The notes beneath the pieces are model-generated. The model made no database searches. It saw nothing but the letters and a program-made list of their open reading frames with translations, and was not told where the DNA came from. A program made the position numbers and the translations under genes. 64,000 bases of DNA from a plasmid: the sequence record NZ_CP044066.1, one strand, 5' to 3'. Of this stretch, positions 56,268 through 64,000 are shown one piece after another; the first letter of the stretch is position 1, and the number at the start of each line of letters is the position of its first letter.

Positions 56268-57557
56268 CTAGTTGCCGTTGGATCCCCCGTTTGCGGTAGA
56301 GCCGGCGAGCCACGAAATGGTCCCCACAGGGCACGGTTGTCCGTAGGCGCCGAAGCTCGCTTCGTTCCCTTGGCCGCCAGGCCACAGGATGCACAATCCC
56401 CAACCGGATTGCTGGCTATTCATAGACAGCTTGCTCCAAGTTGCCACGACTGTTCCTTGGCCGGCTCCGCTGGCGGCTCGCCACACCCCATTCTGACATG
56501 ACAACGATTTGCCATTAGGGTCGCTGCGAATCGCACCCTGTGGATCTCCGCACCCCTGGCCCTCCGAGACCTTCTGTGACGGATCAAGCGAAGGGATGAG
56601 AGCACCGGACGCCGTGATGTAACCTGCGGCCGAGACGCTGCCGTATGACGCTATCGAATTGCCTGCGATCTGATTTGCGGTCATCGCACCGGCGACGTAG
56701 GCACTGCCATTCGACTGAACGTAGTTTCCGTACACTCCATTCCCGCTGACATTCGCCCCTGCGCTAACATTCCCGTCAGCGATGAGGCTGCCATTTGCAG
56801 TTACATTGCCCCCAGCTCCGACACTGCCTGCGGCCGATACCGAACCATTCGACTGGAAATTCCCCACCCGATTCATCGCCTGATTATTGGCGTCCATCGG
56901 ACCCGTCAGGTTCAGCGAGCCATCACGCTTGTAGAACTGGTTCATCGACTGCGCAAGTAGCGAGCTCGAGCCCGTGCGCATTGCCAGCACGCCGGACGGC
57001 TGACCCGCCACCGGGTTCACGGCCGACCAGCTGGCGGACATGCCCGTGATCGTCGCCGGCGTCTCCGCATAGGAGACGCCCGCATCCTGCCCCGCTTTCG
57101 CGACGGCAAGGCCAAGCAGGTCAGTCCGCACGCCACCCGTCGCGTCACGGTAGCCGGCGGTCGAGTACACCAGTCCGGGGATCGAGCATGCGCTCAGGTC
57201 CGCGCCGCAGTTTGCCGGCTTCAGATCGATTCGGAAGGACAACCCCAGCGGGCTCACATCCGAGTAGCCGATCGGCAGCAGATCGAAGTTGATCAGATCC
57301 TGCACCGTCGGGTGAAGCGGGCTCTGTATGCCAATGGTCTTGCCGCCGACAGTGAGGTTCGTGGGCCCTGCGGGACTCTTCGCGAGATCCGTGAAGGCCT
57401 CGAACGTATAGGTGTTCGCCGCGGCCGCAATATTGGCCATGTAGTTTCCAGTCCCGATAGACTGGATCTCCTCCACCTCGGCGTAGGTCCACGCAACCGA
57501 TCCCAACAGCCCCACGCTGCTCAGTGCGAGGCCCAGGGCGTAATTCGACATCAGCAT
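56268..57557 (-). CDS. PilV-like type IVb minor pilin / tip adhesin
   Basis: Last gene of the pil cluster. N-terminal hydrophobic pilin-like segment and a Gly/Asn/Ser-rich repetitive C-terminal half. SD GGAGAG. Confidence 0.5.
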   Translation of the reverse strand: MLMSNYALGLALSSVGLLGSVAWTYAEVEEIQSIGTGNYMANIAAAANTYTFEAFTDLAKSPAGPTNLTVGGKTIGIQSPLHPTVQDLINFDLLPIGYSDVSPLGLSFRIDLKPANCGADLSACSIPGLVYSTAGYRDATGGVRTDLLGLAVAKAGQDAGVSYAETPATITGMSASWSAVNPVAGQPSGVLAMRTGSSSLLAQSMNQFYKRDGSLNLTGPMDANNQAMNRVGNFQSNGSVSAAGSVGAGGNVTANGSLIADGNVSAGANVSGNGVYGNYVQSNGSAYVAGAMTANQIAGNSIASYGSVSAAGYITASGALIPSLDPSQKVSEGQGCGDPQGAIRSDPNGKSLSCQNGVWRAASGAGQGTVVATWSKLSMNSQQSGWGLCILWPGGQGNEASFGAYGQPCPVGTISWLAGSTANGGSNGN

Positions 57558-57622
57558 TTCCACTCTCCTATGCCAAAGCCCGGCCATCGGCCGGGCGTGT
57601 CATGCATGACGGTTGTGATCGG

Positions 57623-58267
57623 TCAGGACATGTAGAGATCGATCGTGTTGCTGTCGCTGCTGCAACGCACCTCGGTCATATTGACGCTGCTGCCGACATC
57701 TTTGATCGCCGTGCCATTGACGACGATCTTGCCCGCGCTGCTCTGGAATGCCGCCGCAATCTGCGTGCACGCCGCATCAGGCTGATTCGGGATCGTGTAC
57801 TGGACGGAGTCGTTGGTGGTCAGCAGCTTCCCCGGCGCGATCGTCAGCGAGCCGCCGCCCGGCTGCACCGTCACGGTGTTGCCCTCCACCGTCATCGTGG
57901 TCAGATCCTTGAACGTGCCGTTGCCCACGACTGCGGCAATGGTCACCGTGCCGTAGCGCCCGCGATAGTTCGTCTTCACCTTGCCCATCACCTTGTTGAG
58001 CTCGGTCGTGAACTGCTGCACCTGCGAATCAGTCGAGTTGCCGGAGAACAGTACGAGGATGGCAACGAGCGAGAAGGCGACAAGCAGCAGGTAAAAGCCG
58101 TATTCGTCAAGAATGCCGCCGTGCTGGCCACGCAGCCGCGGGTTGATGCGGATGCGCTTCCATTGTTGAGCACGGCTCACCGTGCTGAGCGCGTTGGCGT
58201 TGTCCGCGATCGCGGCATCGCGGCTGTCGTTATGAGTTTGGCGATTGGTTTCCATGTTGCGTGTCAT
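57623..58267 (-). CDS. PilS-like type IVb prepilin (major pilin)
   Basis: Long leader ending at ..RGQHG, then G-ILDEY-GFYLLLVAFSLVAILVLF (Glu at +5, hydrophobic helix). Confidence 0.6.
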   Translation of the reverse strand: MTRNMETNRQTHNDSRDAAIADNANALSTVSRAQQWKRIRINPRLRGQHGGILDEYGFYLLLVAFSLVAILVLFSGNSTDSQVQQFTTELNKVMGKVKTNYRGRYGTVTIAAVVGNGTFKDLTTMTVEGNTVTVQPGGGSLTIAPGKLLTTNDSVQYTIPNQPDAACTQIAAAFQSSAGKIVVNGTAIKDVGSSVNMTEVRCSSDSNTIDLYMS

Positions 58268-59502
58268 CAGTTGGATGGGAGGTGGGAGGGGCTGATACTC
58301 TTTTGATGCGTGCGAATGCCATTGGTCTGCATGCTCTGCTTGAGCTCACGCGCCATGAAGGCAGGCATGAACGCGAGCGCCGTGATAAGCAGAATGAGCA
58401 GGATCGATGCGCGGCGGTTGAACTTCGAGGCCTTATGCTCGAGTTCGCGCGGCGCGGCTTCCAGGACCGTCATCGACACCGTGTTGAGCATCTTCGACAG
58501 ATCGTCTTCGTACTCGGCGATATCCTGAATCCGGTAGGTCGTGTCGCGGTCGAACAGACCCGTGTCAAACAGCTTCCCGCCGGCGTTGGGCGACTCTTCG
58601 AGCATCGCTTCCATGCGGCGGATGTGTTGCGCCAGGTAGGGATAGGCGTTGCTGCGCATCATCTCCAGCGCGTTGGTCAGGTTGTTCATGTCACCGCCGA
58701 AGTTCTGCGTCACGGCCGACATGCCCGCCAGAAACTGCGCGCCCTGAAACCTGCGGAAGAAGTCGAAGACAATGACCTTGCGATCGAGCCATTCACGATA
58801 CGGACCGGTGTAGTGGCGCAGCGCCCGCACGACCCACCACACCGCCGCGGCCTCGCCGATCAGCACCAGCCAGCCCCACTCGCGAAGGAAGGTCGTGCCG
58901 ACGTGGAACGCCTTCGCGATCGGCCCGTAAGCCTCCACCGGGAGCAGGTTGGCGAAGCTGCGGTCGAGCATCGGCGCGACCATGAACGCCATCGCGCCAA
59001 GATAGACGTGCAGAATGATCAGCGTGATGCCGACGCTCGCCAGCATGAGCAGGATGTTGGACTTGGCGCTGCTCATGGCGCGCAGGTTCTCCGCCAGCCG
59101 GAACAAGCCCTGCTTCACGTCACCGCCCTGCTCGGCCACCGCGATGATCGCGAGATCTTCGTCCGGTACCGTCCCGCGAAGAATCTCGGCGAGGCGAGAC
59201 TCCTGCATCTGACCGTCAAGACCCTCATAGCGCGCGAGCCAGAGAGACGCCAGCAGGCCCAGCGGCTCGCCCGCGCGGCGCGCGGCATCCTTCGCAAAGT
59301 GGTTCGCAATCGCCTCGCCCGGCATCTTCTCGATGCGCATGGCCAGGTCGTAGTAGTAGTCAGCGCGCTTGGCCGAGAACTCGAGCTTTGCCCACCACAG
59401 CTTGTCCGGAAAGCGGCCGGTTGCACCGCTGAGGCTTTGCGAAGCCGCCGCGTACTTCCTGCGCTTGAACGCCGCCAGGGCTTCTTTGATTCGGTTCATC
59501 AT
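58267..59502 (-). CDS. PilR-like type IV pilus inner-membrane platform protein (GspF/PilC family)
   Basis: Polytopic membrane protein located between the ATPase and pilin genes. Confidence 0.65.
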   Translation of the reverse strand: MMNRIKEALAAFKRRKYAAASQSLSGATGRFPDKLWWAKLEFSAKRADYYYDLAMRIEKMPGEAIANHFAKDAARRAGEPLGLLASLWLARYEGLDGQMQESRLAEILRGTVPDEDLAIIAVAEQGGDVKQGLFRLAENLRAMSSAKSNILLMLASVGITLIILHVYLGAMAFMVAPMLDRSFANLLPVEAYGPIAKAFHVGTTFLREWGWLVLIGEAAAVWWVVRALRHYTGPYREWLDRKVIVFDFFRRFQGAQFLAGMSAVTQNFGGDMNNLTNALEMMRSNAYPYLAQHIRRMEAMLEESPNAGGKLFDTGLFDRDTTYRIQDIAEYEDDLSKMLNTVSMTVLEAAPRELEHKASKFNRRASILLILLITALAFMPAFMARELKQSMQTNGIRTHQKSISPSHLPSN

Positions 59503-61304
59503 GCGCGGGCTCCATTCATGCGCTTGAGTTTGGCCTCATAGGCATCGAGCGAGAGAATCCGCTCGGCCTGCCGGGGATCGACCGTGCCAGCGAAGACGTG
59601 GTACATGGCGACCTCGAACACCGATTTGCCAGTGCAGTCCGGAATGTCGAAGCCGGTGGTGCGCTTCTCGCGTTGATGCGCCTGCAACTCGATAGCGCGC
59701 GCATCACGGATGTACATGAGGTCGAGCTCGTCGGGTTCGAACATCTCTGCGGCCATGACGCGCCCACGGATGCCATTGAGATCGGGCAGATTGGCGCGGC
59801 GGCACTTCGGACAGCCCTCTTCACGACGCACGCGGATGCCCTCGACGTCGAACTGAAACAGCCGCTCGATCTGGCGGAGCTTTGCCGCGCCGAGGATGGC
59901 CTTCGCTTCGTCGCCGTGATGACCGCACTCGCACGTCTTCGCCAGCAGCGCCTGATACACGTAGAGGTTCACGAATCCGGGTGTCGCGAGCACGCTGCGG
60001 GGAATCTGCAATTCGCTGTCAGCCAGGCGGTCCGTCGCCGCGGTGGCGGACGGCGCGTGCACCGTCGTCATGGCGCGCAGACCCGCGCCGGCGACGTCGC
60101 GGAAAAGGCCAGCCGATTCGAAGTCGCGCACCTCGCCGATCATGACGAAATGCGGGTTCATCCGCTTCAGTTGGCGCTTCGCGACGATGAAAGGATCTTC
60201 CGCACGGTTGGAGCCGTCGAGTTTGCGAGCCACCGAGAAATGGTGCGTTCCATGCGCCATCAGTTCGACCGGGTCTTCGATCGACATCTTGTTCATCCAT
60301 CCCGGCAGGCGCTGCATGACAGCGTGCGCGGTCGTGGTCTTGCCGGAGCCGACCGTGCCGACAAGCACCACACCCCCGCCCATCTGCATCGTGCAGCGGT
60401 CGATGACGTCCGCCTGCTGCTGGAAGAACGCGAGATCCTTCACGAAGTCCACCTGAGTCGTCGTCGCATTCTCGGGATTCATCCGCATGACCGTCACATG
60501 GCCATCCGCGCTTTGCATCGACGCCCACCGAAACACCATCGGGACGCCATCGACGGCAGTCCGGATGCTGGTCTGCTGCGGCAGCACGCGGCTGAAGACG
60601 CCATGCGAGCCGCCCTTACCCTTCTGGTAGACGTGCGACAGCATGTCGAGCAAGTCGGCTGTCCGGACACGAAATTCGGGCGGCAGCACCAGGTGCCCAT
60701 CGATCGCGAACCGAATCTGCGACAACTCGCTGTTGTCCTTCACTTCGAAGTGGATGTCGGAGGCCTGCTCGCGCTTGGCGAACTCGGCCGCAGCGAGGAA
60801 CGTCTGCCAGAGCCCATTCGCGTTGCGCAGACTGGTCGTCTGGACACCATCGATCCGCGCGCTGCCCTCCACGCCGCGAGACAGAGCCGTCATGACCTGT
60901 GGGGTCGCGGCGAAGAACAGCGGCTCGGCGGCATCCCACCGCAGGCGCGCCTGCCGTACGATTTCGTCCGTGAAGTCCGAATGTCGCATCTCGTCGAGCA
61001 GGATCAGGGCGAACTTGCCCCGTTCGCCGTCTGCCGGCGACTCCATCAGCACCGGGCAGATTTGATGGCGCAGAGACTGGGCCATGCCAAGATCGTCATA
61101 CAGCGCCCGGACGAACGGAGGCAGTTCATCTGTGGTCTGCACCTCTGCTACATCGGCGCTGCCCGTCGGCAAGGCGGGCTCATGCCGTGACGGCTCGGCA
61201 CGGGCGGGCGCCGCCGGCCGCGCCGGGGCGTTGCCGGATAGCACCATGATCCCGCTGGAGGCTTCCGGCACGAGTGCCTTTCTCGATCGATCGAAGAATC
61301 GCAT
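59499..61304 (-). CDS. PilQ-like type IV pilus assembly ATPase (GspE/VirB11 family)
   Basis: Walker A VGTVGSGKTTT, a tetracysteine motif (CECGHHG...CPKC) and a His box. Confidence 0.75.
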   Translation of the reverse strand: MRFFDRSRKALVPEASSGIMVLSGNAPARPAAPARAEPSRHEPALPTGSADVAEVQTTDELPPFVRALYDDLGMAQSLRHQICPVLMESPADGERGKFALILLDEMRHSDFTDEIVRQARLRWDAAEPLFFAATPQVMTALSRGVEGSARIDGVQTTSLRNANGLWQTFLAAAEFAKREQASDIHFEVKDNSELSQIRFAIDGHLVLPPEFRVRTADLLDMLSHVYQKGKGGSHGVFSRVLPQQTSIRTAVDGVPMVFRWASMQSADGHVTVMRMNPENATTTQVDFVKDLAFFQQQADVIDRCTMQMGGGVVLVGTVGSGKTTTAHAVMQRLPGWMNKMSIEDPVELMAHGTHHFSVARKLDGSNRAEDPFIVAKRQLKRMNPHFVMIGEVRDFESAGLFRDVAGAGLRAMTTVHAPSATAATDRLADSELQIPRSVLATPGFVNLYVYQALLAKTCECGHHGDEAKAILGAAKLRQIERLFQFDVEGIRVRREEGCPKCRRANLPDLNGIRGRVMAAEMFEPDELDLMYIRDARAIELQAHQREKRTTGFDIPDCTGKSVFEVAMYHVFAGTVDPRQAERILSLDAYEAKLKRMNGARA

Positions 61305-61316
61305 GATCGCTCCTCC

Positions 61317-61928
61317 TCAGCCTACCGAAGGCGCGGCAGGCGAAGCGGGCGCGACGGGCGGCGCCATCGCGGGGACCGGCGCGGGCATCGAGGGCGCGAA
61401 CGGCATCGGTGCGGCCAGATTGTTTGCAGGGTTCTGACCGGGCAGCGGCTCCGCGGGGCGCGCCGCCGCGTTCACCGTGCGCGGCGCGGGCTCCTCGAGG
61501 AGAACGGCTTCGTCGTCCGCTCGCGCCGCTGTCAGCGTTTGCTTCCCCTTCGCGAACGTCGTGCCGTTCTCGGTGATGGAGATCACCTTGTAGCCACGGA
61601 CGCTTCCGCCCACGCGTGCCGCATACAGTTCGTTACCCCACTTCACGTAGCTGCGAAGCGTGACCGGCAGTCCCGCCTTGCTGCCATCGATACCAAAGAC
61701 AGCCACCGTCTTCGGCACCGAATGCGCCTCGCGGCTCGGAGCCGCGGGCGGCGTCACGACCACCGGGGCCGGGTTGGTCTTCGCCAGCTCCTGATCGGCC
61801 TTTTGCACGGCAATCTGAGCGTCCTTCTCGAGCAGCACGCGGGTGACGGACTTGTCGCCCTCCGCGTGTGCGCAAGTCGCGGTCATCGCGAGCGCAATAG
61901 TTGCCAGCGTCATGTCGAAGCGGTTCAT
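61317..61928 (-). CDS. PilP-like pilus assembly lipoprotein
   Basis: Signal peptide with lipobox (LAMTATC) and a Pro/Ala-rich C-terminus, in R64/PAPI-1 pil gene order. Confidence 0.5.
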   Translation of the reverse strand: MNRFDMTLATIALAMTATCAHAEGDKSVTRVLLEKDAQIAVQKADQELAKTNPAPVVVTPPAAPSREAHSVPKTVAVFGIDGSKAGLPVTLRSYVKWGNELYAARVGGSVRGYKVISITENGTTFAKGKQTLTAARADDEAVLLEEPAPRTVNAAARPAEPLPGQNPANNLAAPMPFAPSMPAPVPAMAPPVAPASPAAPSVG

Positions 61929-63292
61929 TGGTTTGCTCCATCGCGGGCGTACGCATCGCCCTTCACGTTGATCTCGAACTTGGATGTCTGGATGGTGGGT
62001 TCAGCGTCGAGCTTGACCGCCAGCTTGATCGCGGACACCGCCACGTTTGGCGGGAAGGTGGCGATCTCCCCGGCATTGCGCAGCGGGCCGTCCATCTCCC
62101 ATGGCGCGCTCTTGTAGACCTGGGGCACCGCTGCCATGCCCTCGCCCGGGATGGTCCCGAAGAGCGCGATATCACCAAGCACCGCCTTCGTCGCGGCGGG
62201 TCGGAGCAGCTGGAGCGTCGAGCCGAAGTCCGTGCGCAGCGCCATCGACGTCGGGAGCGCATCAAGGAGTGCCCCGAGTTTCGTTCCATTACCGAACGGC
62301 ACGTCCGCCTGCACCACGACCTCCTTGTCTTCCTTCGAGAAGACGGGTGCGGTAAATGCGTCGGGCAAAGCAGCCAGGAACGTGGCATTGGTGACGCCGC
62401 GAGGGCTTTCCTTCGCACCCTCGCCAAGGCTGTAGGTCAGCGAGCATGCCGCCGCCGGGGTCACGACCGCCGGGCAATCCACCTTGGTCAGTTTCCAGCC
62501 GCCTACAAACAGCGCGTCGGTGTCGGCAAACCATTTCGCGAACCGTGGCACGGCCTCGGATGCCCGTGCGGACGGCGCCATGCCACGCGCGAGGATGTCC
62601 TCTGCGTAGCGCTGGGCCGGGCTCTTCTGCGGTGGAGGCGGATGCTTGCGGGCTTCGTACGCGCGGTACTGTGCCATCCCGTACTTTCCGCCGATGGCAG
62701 CAACGACAGCCAGGACGGCAAGCGCCGCTGCGCGACGTTTCATGGCCGTCGAGCTTGGCTTGCGCAGGGCCGCATGGGAATCCGCCGCGTCAGCCAGCTG
62801 CTCGAGCGTCAGCGCGGAGAATGCGAGGCCAGGCACGTTCCCGAGCAGATGGCTGAGCTCAGGAAGGTTTCCTGCAAGGCGGAAGGAGCCGCCCGCGACA
62901 CGCGCAAACTCCACCACGACTTCGGACAACGCCTGCTCATCGTGAATCACGCGGTCAAAGCCGACGCGCGGGCGGCCTTTGAGGACGCCGCAGACGAGAT
63001 ACCCGACCTGTTGTCCAGCGTGCTCGAGTCGGTAGGCGAAGAAGACATTGGGCATCAGGCCCGGAATGCGCGCCACAGTGGCGGCGGCCGAGTACAGCTT
63101 GTCCTTGACCTTCGTCTGTCCATCCTCCGGCGCGAGGTAGCCCATGTGGAGGGCAGACCCATCGTGCCAGATTCGATTGGCCTTCACCTCACGTGCAACC
63201 TTGGCCGCGAGGTCCGGGGCGGGCGCATTGCCGGTCAGCGTGCGCCACTGCATGCCGAAAGCGATCGCCTTGCCATGGACGTCGAGGATCAT
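61925..63292 (-). CDS. PilO-like type IVb pilus biogenesis protein
   Basis: Position in the R64-type order N-O-P-Q-R-S-V. Single TM region (AALAVLAVVAAIGG). Confidence 0.5.
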   Translation of the reverse strand: MILDVHGKAIAFGMQWRTLTGNAPAPDLAAKVAREVKANRIWHDGSALHMGYLAPEDGQTKVKDKLYSAAATVARIPGLMPNVFFAYRLEHAGQQVGYLVCGVLKGRPRVGFDRVIHDEQALSEVVVEFARVAGGSFRLAGNLPELSHLLGNVPGLAFSALTLEQLADAADSHAALRKPSSTAMKRRAAALAVLAVVAAIGGKYGMAQYRAYEARKHPPPPQKSPAQRYAEDILARGMAPSARASEAVPRFAKWFADTDALFVGGWKLTKVDCPAVVTPAAACSLTYSLGEGAKESPRGVTNATFLAALPDAFTAPVFSKEDKEVVVQADVPFGNGTKLGALLDALPTSMALRTDFGSTLQLLRPAATKAVLGDIALFGTIPGEGMAAVPQVYKSAPWEMDGPLRNAGEIATFPPNVAVSAIKLAVKLDAEPTIQTSKFEINVKGDAYARDGANQ

Positions 63293-64000
63293 CGGACAAC
63301 TCCCGGCGACACGGTGTCGGTATCCGCCTTCGACAAGCGCATGCGCAAAAAGGAGCGGAACTCAGCCCTCTCGGCTGCGGGACCGCGCCTAGTACCGTCG
63401 GGGCTGAAGAGATCCACGCGCGCTGTCGTCGGTAGATTCAGTCGATGGCACAGGAAGTGCTCCAAGTCCGCGCGAAACTGGTTGCAGAACCCAATCGCGT
63501 TCGGCATGAACATGCCGTAGATCACAGCACCCCATGCGACCACCAGCACAAGGCCCTTAGCCATTGCATAAGCGAATGACTCCGGGGACGTCTGAGCTAG
63601 CGCCCAAAGCTTACGCGCTAGGGCCAGCGCTGTAACTGTGTCGAGAAGCAGGCCACCAATCACGATCCAGAATGCAAGGAACGGAATGGCCCGCGTCATT
63701 AAACGGACGGAGTTGAAGGCCATCTCGCAAAGGTTCGCGATTTGGCGCAGATAGTTTGCGCCCGAGAAGGCTGCGTGATGACGCAACGAGGCGTATTCGA
63801 CGTCTGAGATCACCCCGACATCCATCCCGTGGACCTGAACCGTCCAGGTGCGGTCGGTCGTGGCCAACATCCGTTGCTCAAGCGACAGGCCGAAGATAGA
63901 TAAGATCCCTTGGCCAATCAGTGTCAACACGGCCGACACCACGGCCACACCAACCATATCCTCAACATGTTGTATGAGGACCAACGAAAGGCCCGGCAAG
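63289..64000 (-). CDS. membrane protein of the pil cluster, C-terminal part (gene continues beyond window end)
   Basis: ORF reaching the window edge with two TM helices. Not secretin-like. Confidence 0.35.
   Translation of the reverse strand, partial: LPGLSLVLIQHVEDMVGVAVVSAVLTLIGQGILSIFGLSLEQRMLATTDRTWTVQVHGMDVGVISDVEYASLRHHAAFSGANYLRQIANLCEMAFNSVRLMTRAIPFLAFWIVIGGLLLDTVTALALARKLWALAQTSPESFAYAMAKGLVLVVAWGAVIYGMFMPNAIGFCNQFRADLEHFLCHRLNLPTTARVDLFSPDGTRRGPAAERAEFRSFLRMRLSKADTDTVSPGVVR

Noticed and set aside
59598-61190. 530-aa plus-strand ORF (also 58261..59541 and 61901..63520)
   Set aside because: Antisense to pilQ, pilR and pilO. High-GC antisense frames stay open by chance.
1-64000. CRISPR arrays, tRNA/rRNA genes
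   Set aside because: No regularly spaced direct repeats and no tRNA-like cloverleaf or rRNA-like segment were found on visual inspection. The short recurring palindromes are irregularly spaced and gene-associated, not CRISPR-like.

Overview
High-GC (~65%) Burkholderiales-type window lying almost entirely inside an integrative/conjugative-type genomic island with pKLC102 / ICEclc-like gene content. Recognisable modules, left to right: (1) an SbcC/Rad50-like ATPase (truncated by the window edge) plus an SbcD-like phosphoesterase module with three unknown partner genes; (2) an opposite-strand bactofilin operon; (3) a long leftward array of ICE core genes (DUF932, hypotheticals, SlyB-like lipoprotein) ending in a complete PRTRC system (ParB-E-C-F-B-A-ThiF); (4) a cargo islet of two MocR-type regulators, a LuxR/FixJ response regulator, an IS3-family IS, a Tat-exported alpha/beta hydrolase and an AhpD-like protein; (5) an orphan N6-adenine methyltransferase, paralogous hypotheticals, a UvrD-like helicase, a DUF1173-like protein, a Zn-finger protein and a Gp37/Gp68-family protein; (6) a MazF/PemK toxin-antitoxin pair with a palindromic operator, a secreted NUC-family endonuclease and HU; (7) a tyrosine integrase placed mid-window next to a ParM/ParR-like partition module with upstream iterons, a toprim/zinc-finger primase and SSB; (8) a type IVb pilus cluster (pilO-P-Q-R-S-V) running off the right edge. 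No CRISPR array, rRNA or tRNA was recognised. The most unusual observation is regulatory rather than protein-coding. At least 11 same-orientation copies of a conserved palindromic motif (GGTCGATGCGTC-N3-GACGCGGGT and variants) sit upstream of leftward genes. Most of those genes also carry a GC-rich CCC..CGGG / CCCG..GGG hairpin followed by a hairpin that sequesters the Shine-Dalgarno sequence (anti-SD CUCC, U-rich loop) immediately before the start codon. Rightward genes instead use a repeated ACGACTTGACATTG-type promoter. This looks like an element-wide, previously uncharacterised cis-regulatory leader family. Coordinates were read by eye and are accurate to roughly +/-3 nt for CDS ends.
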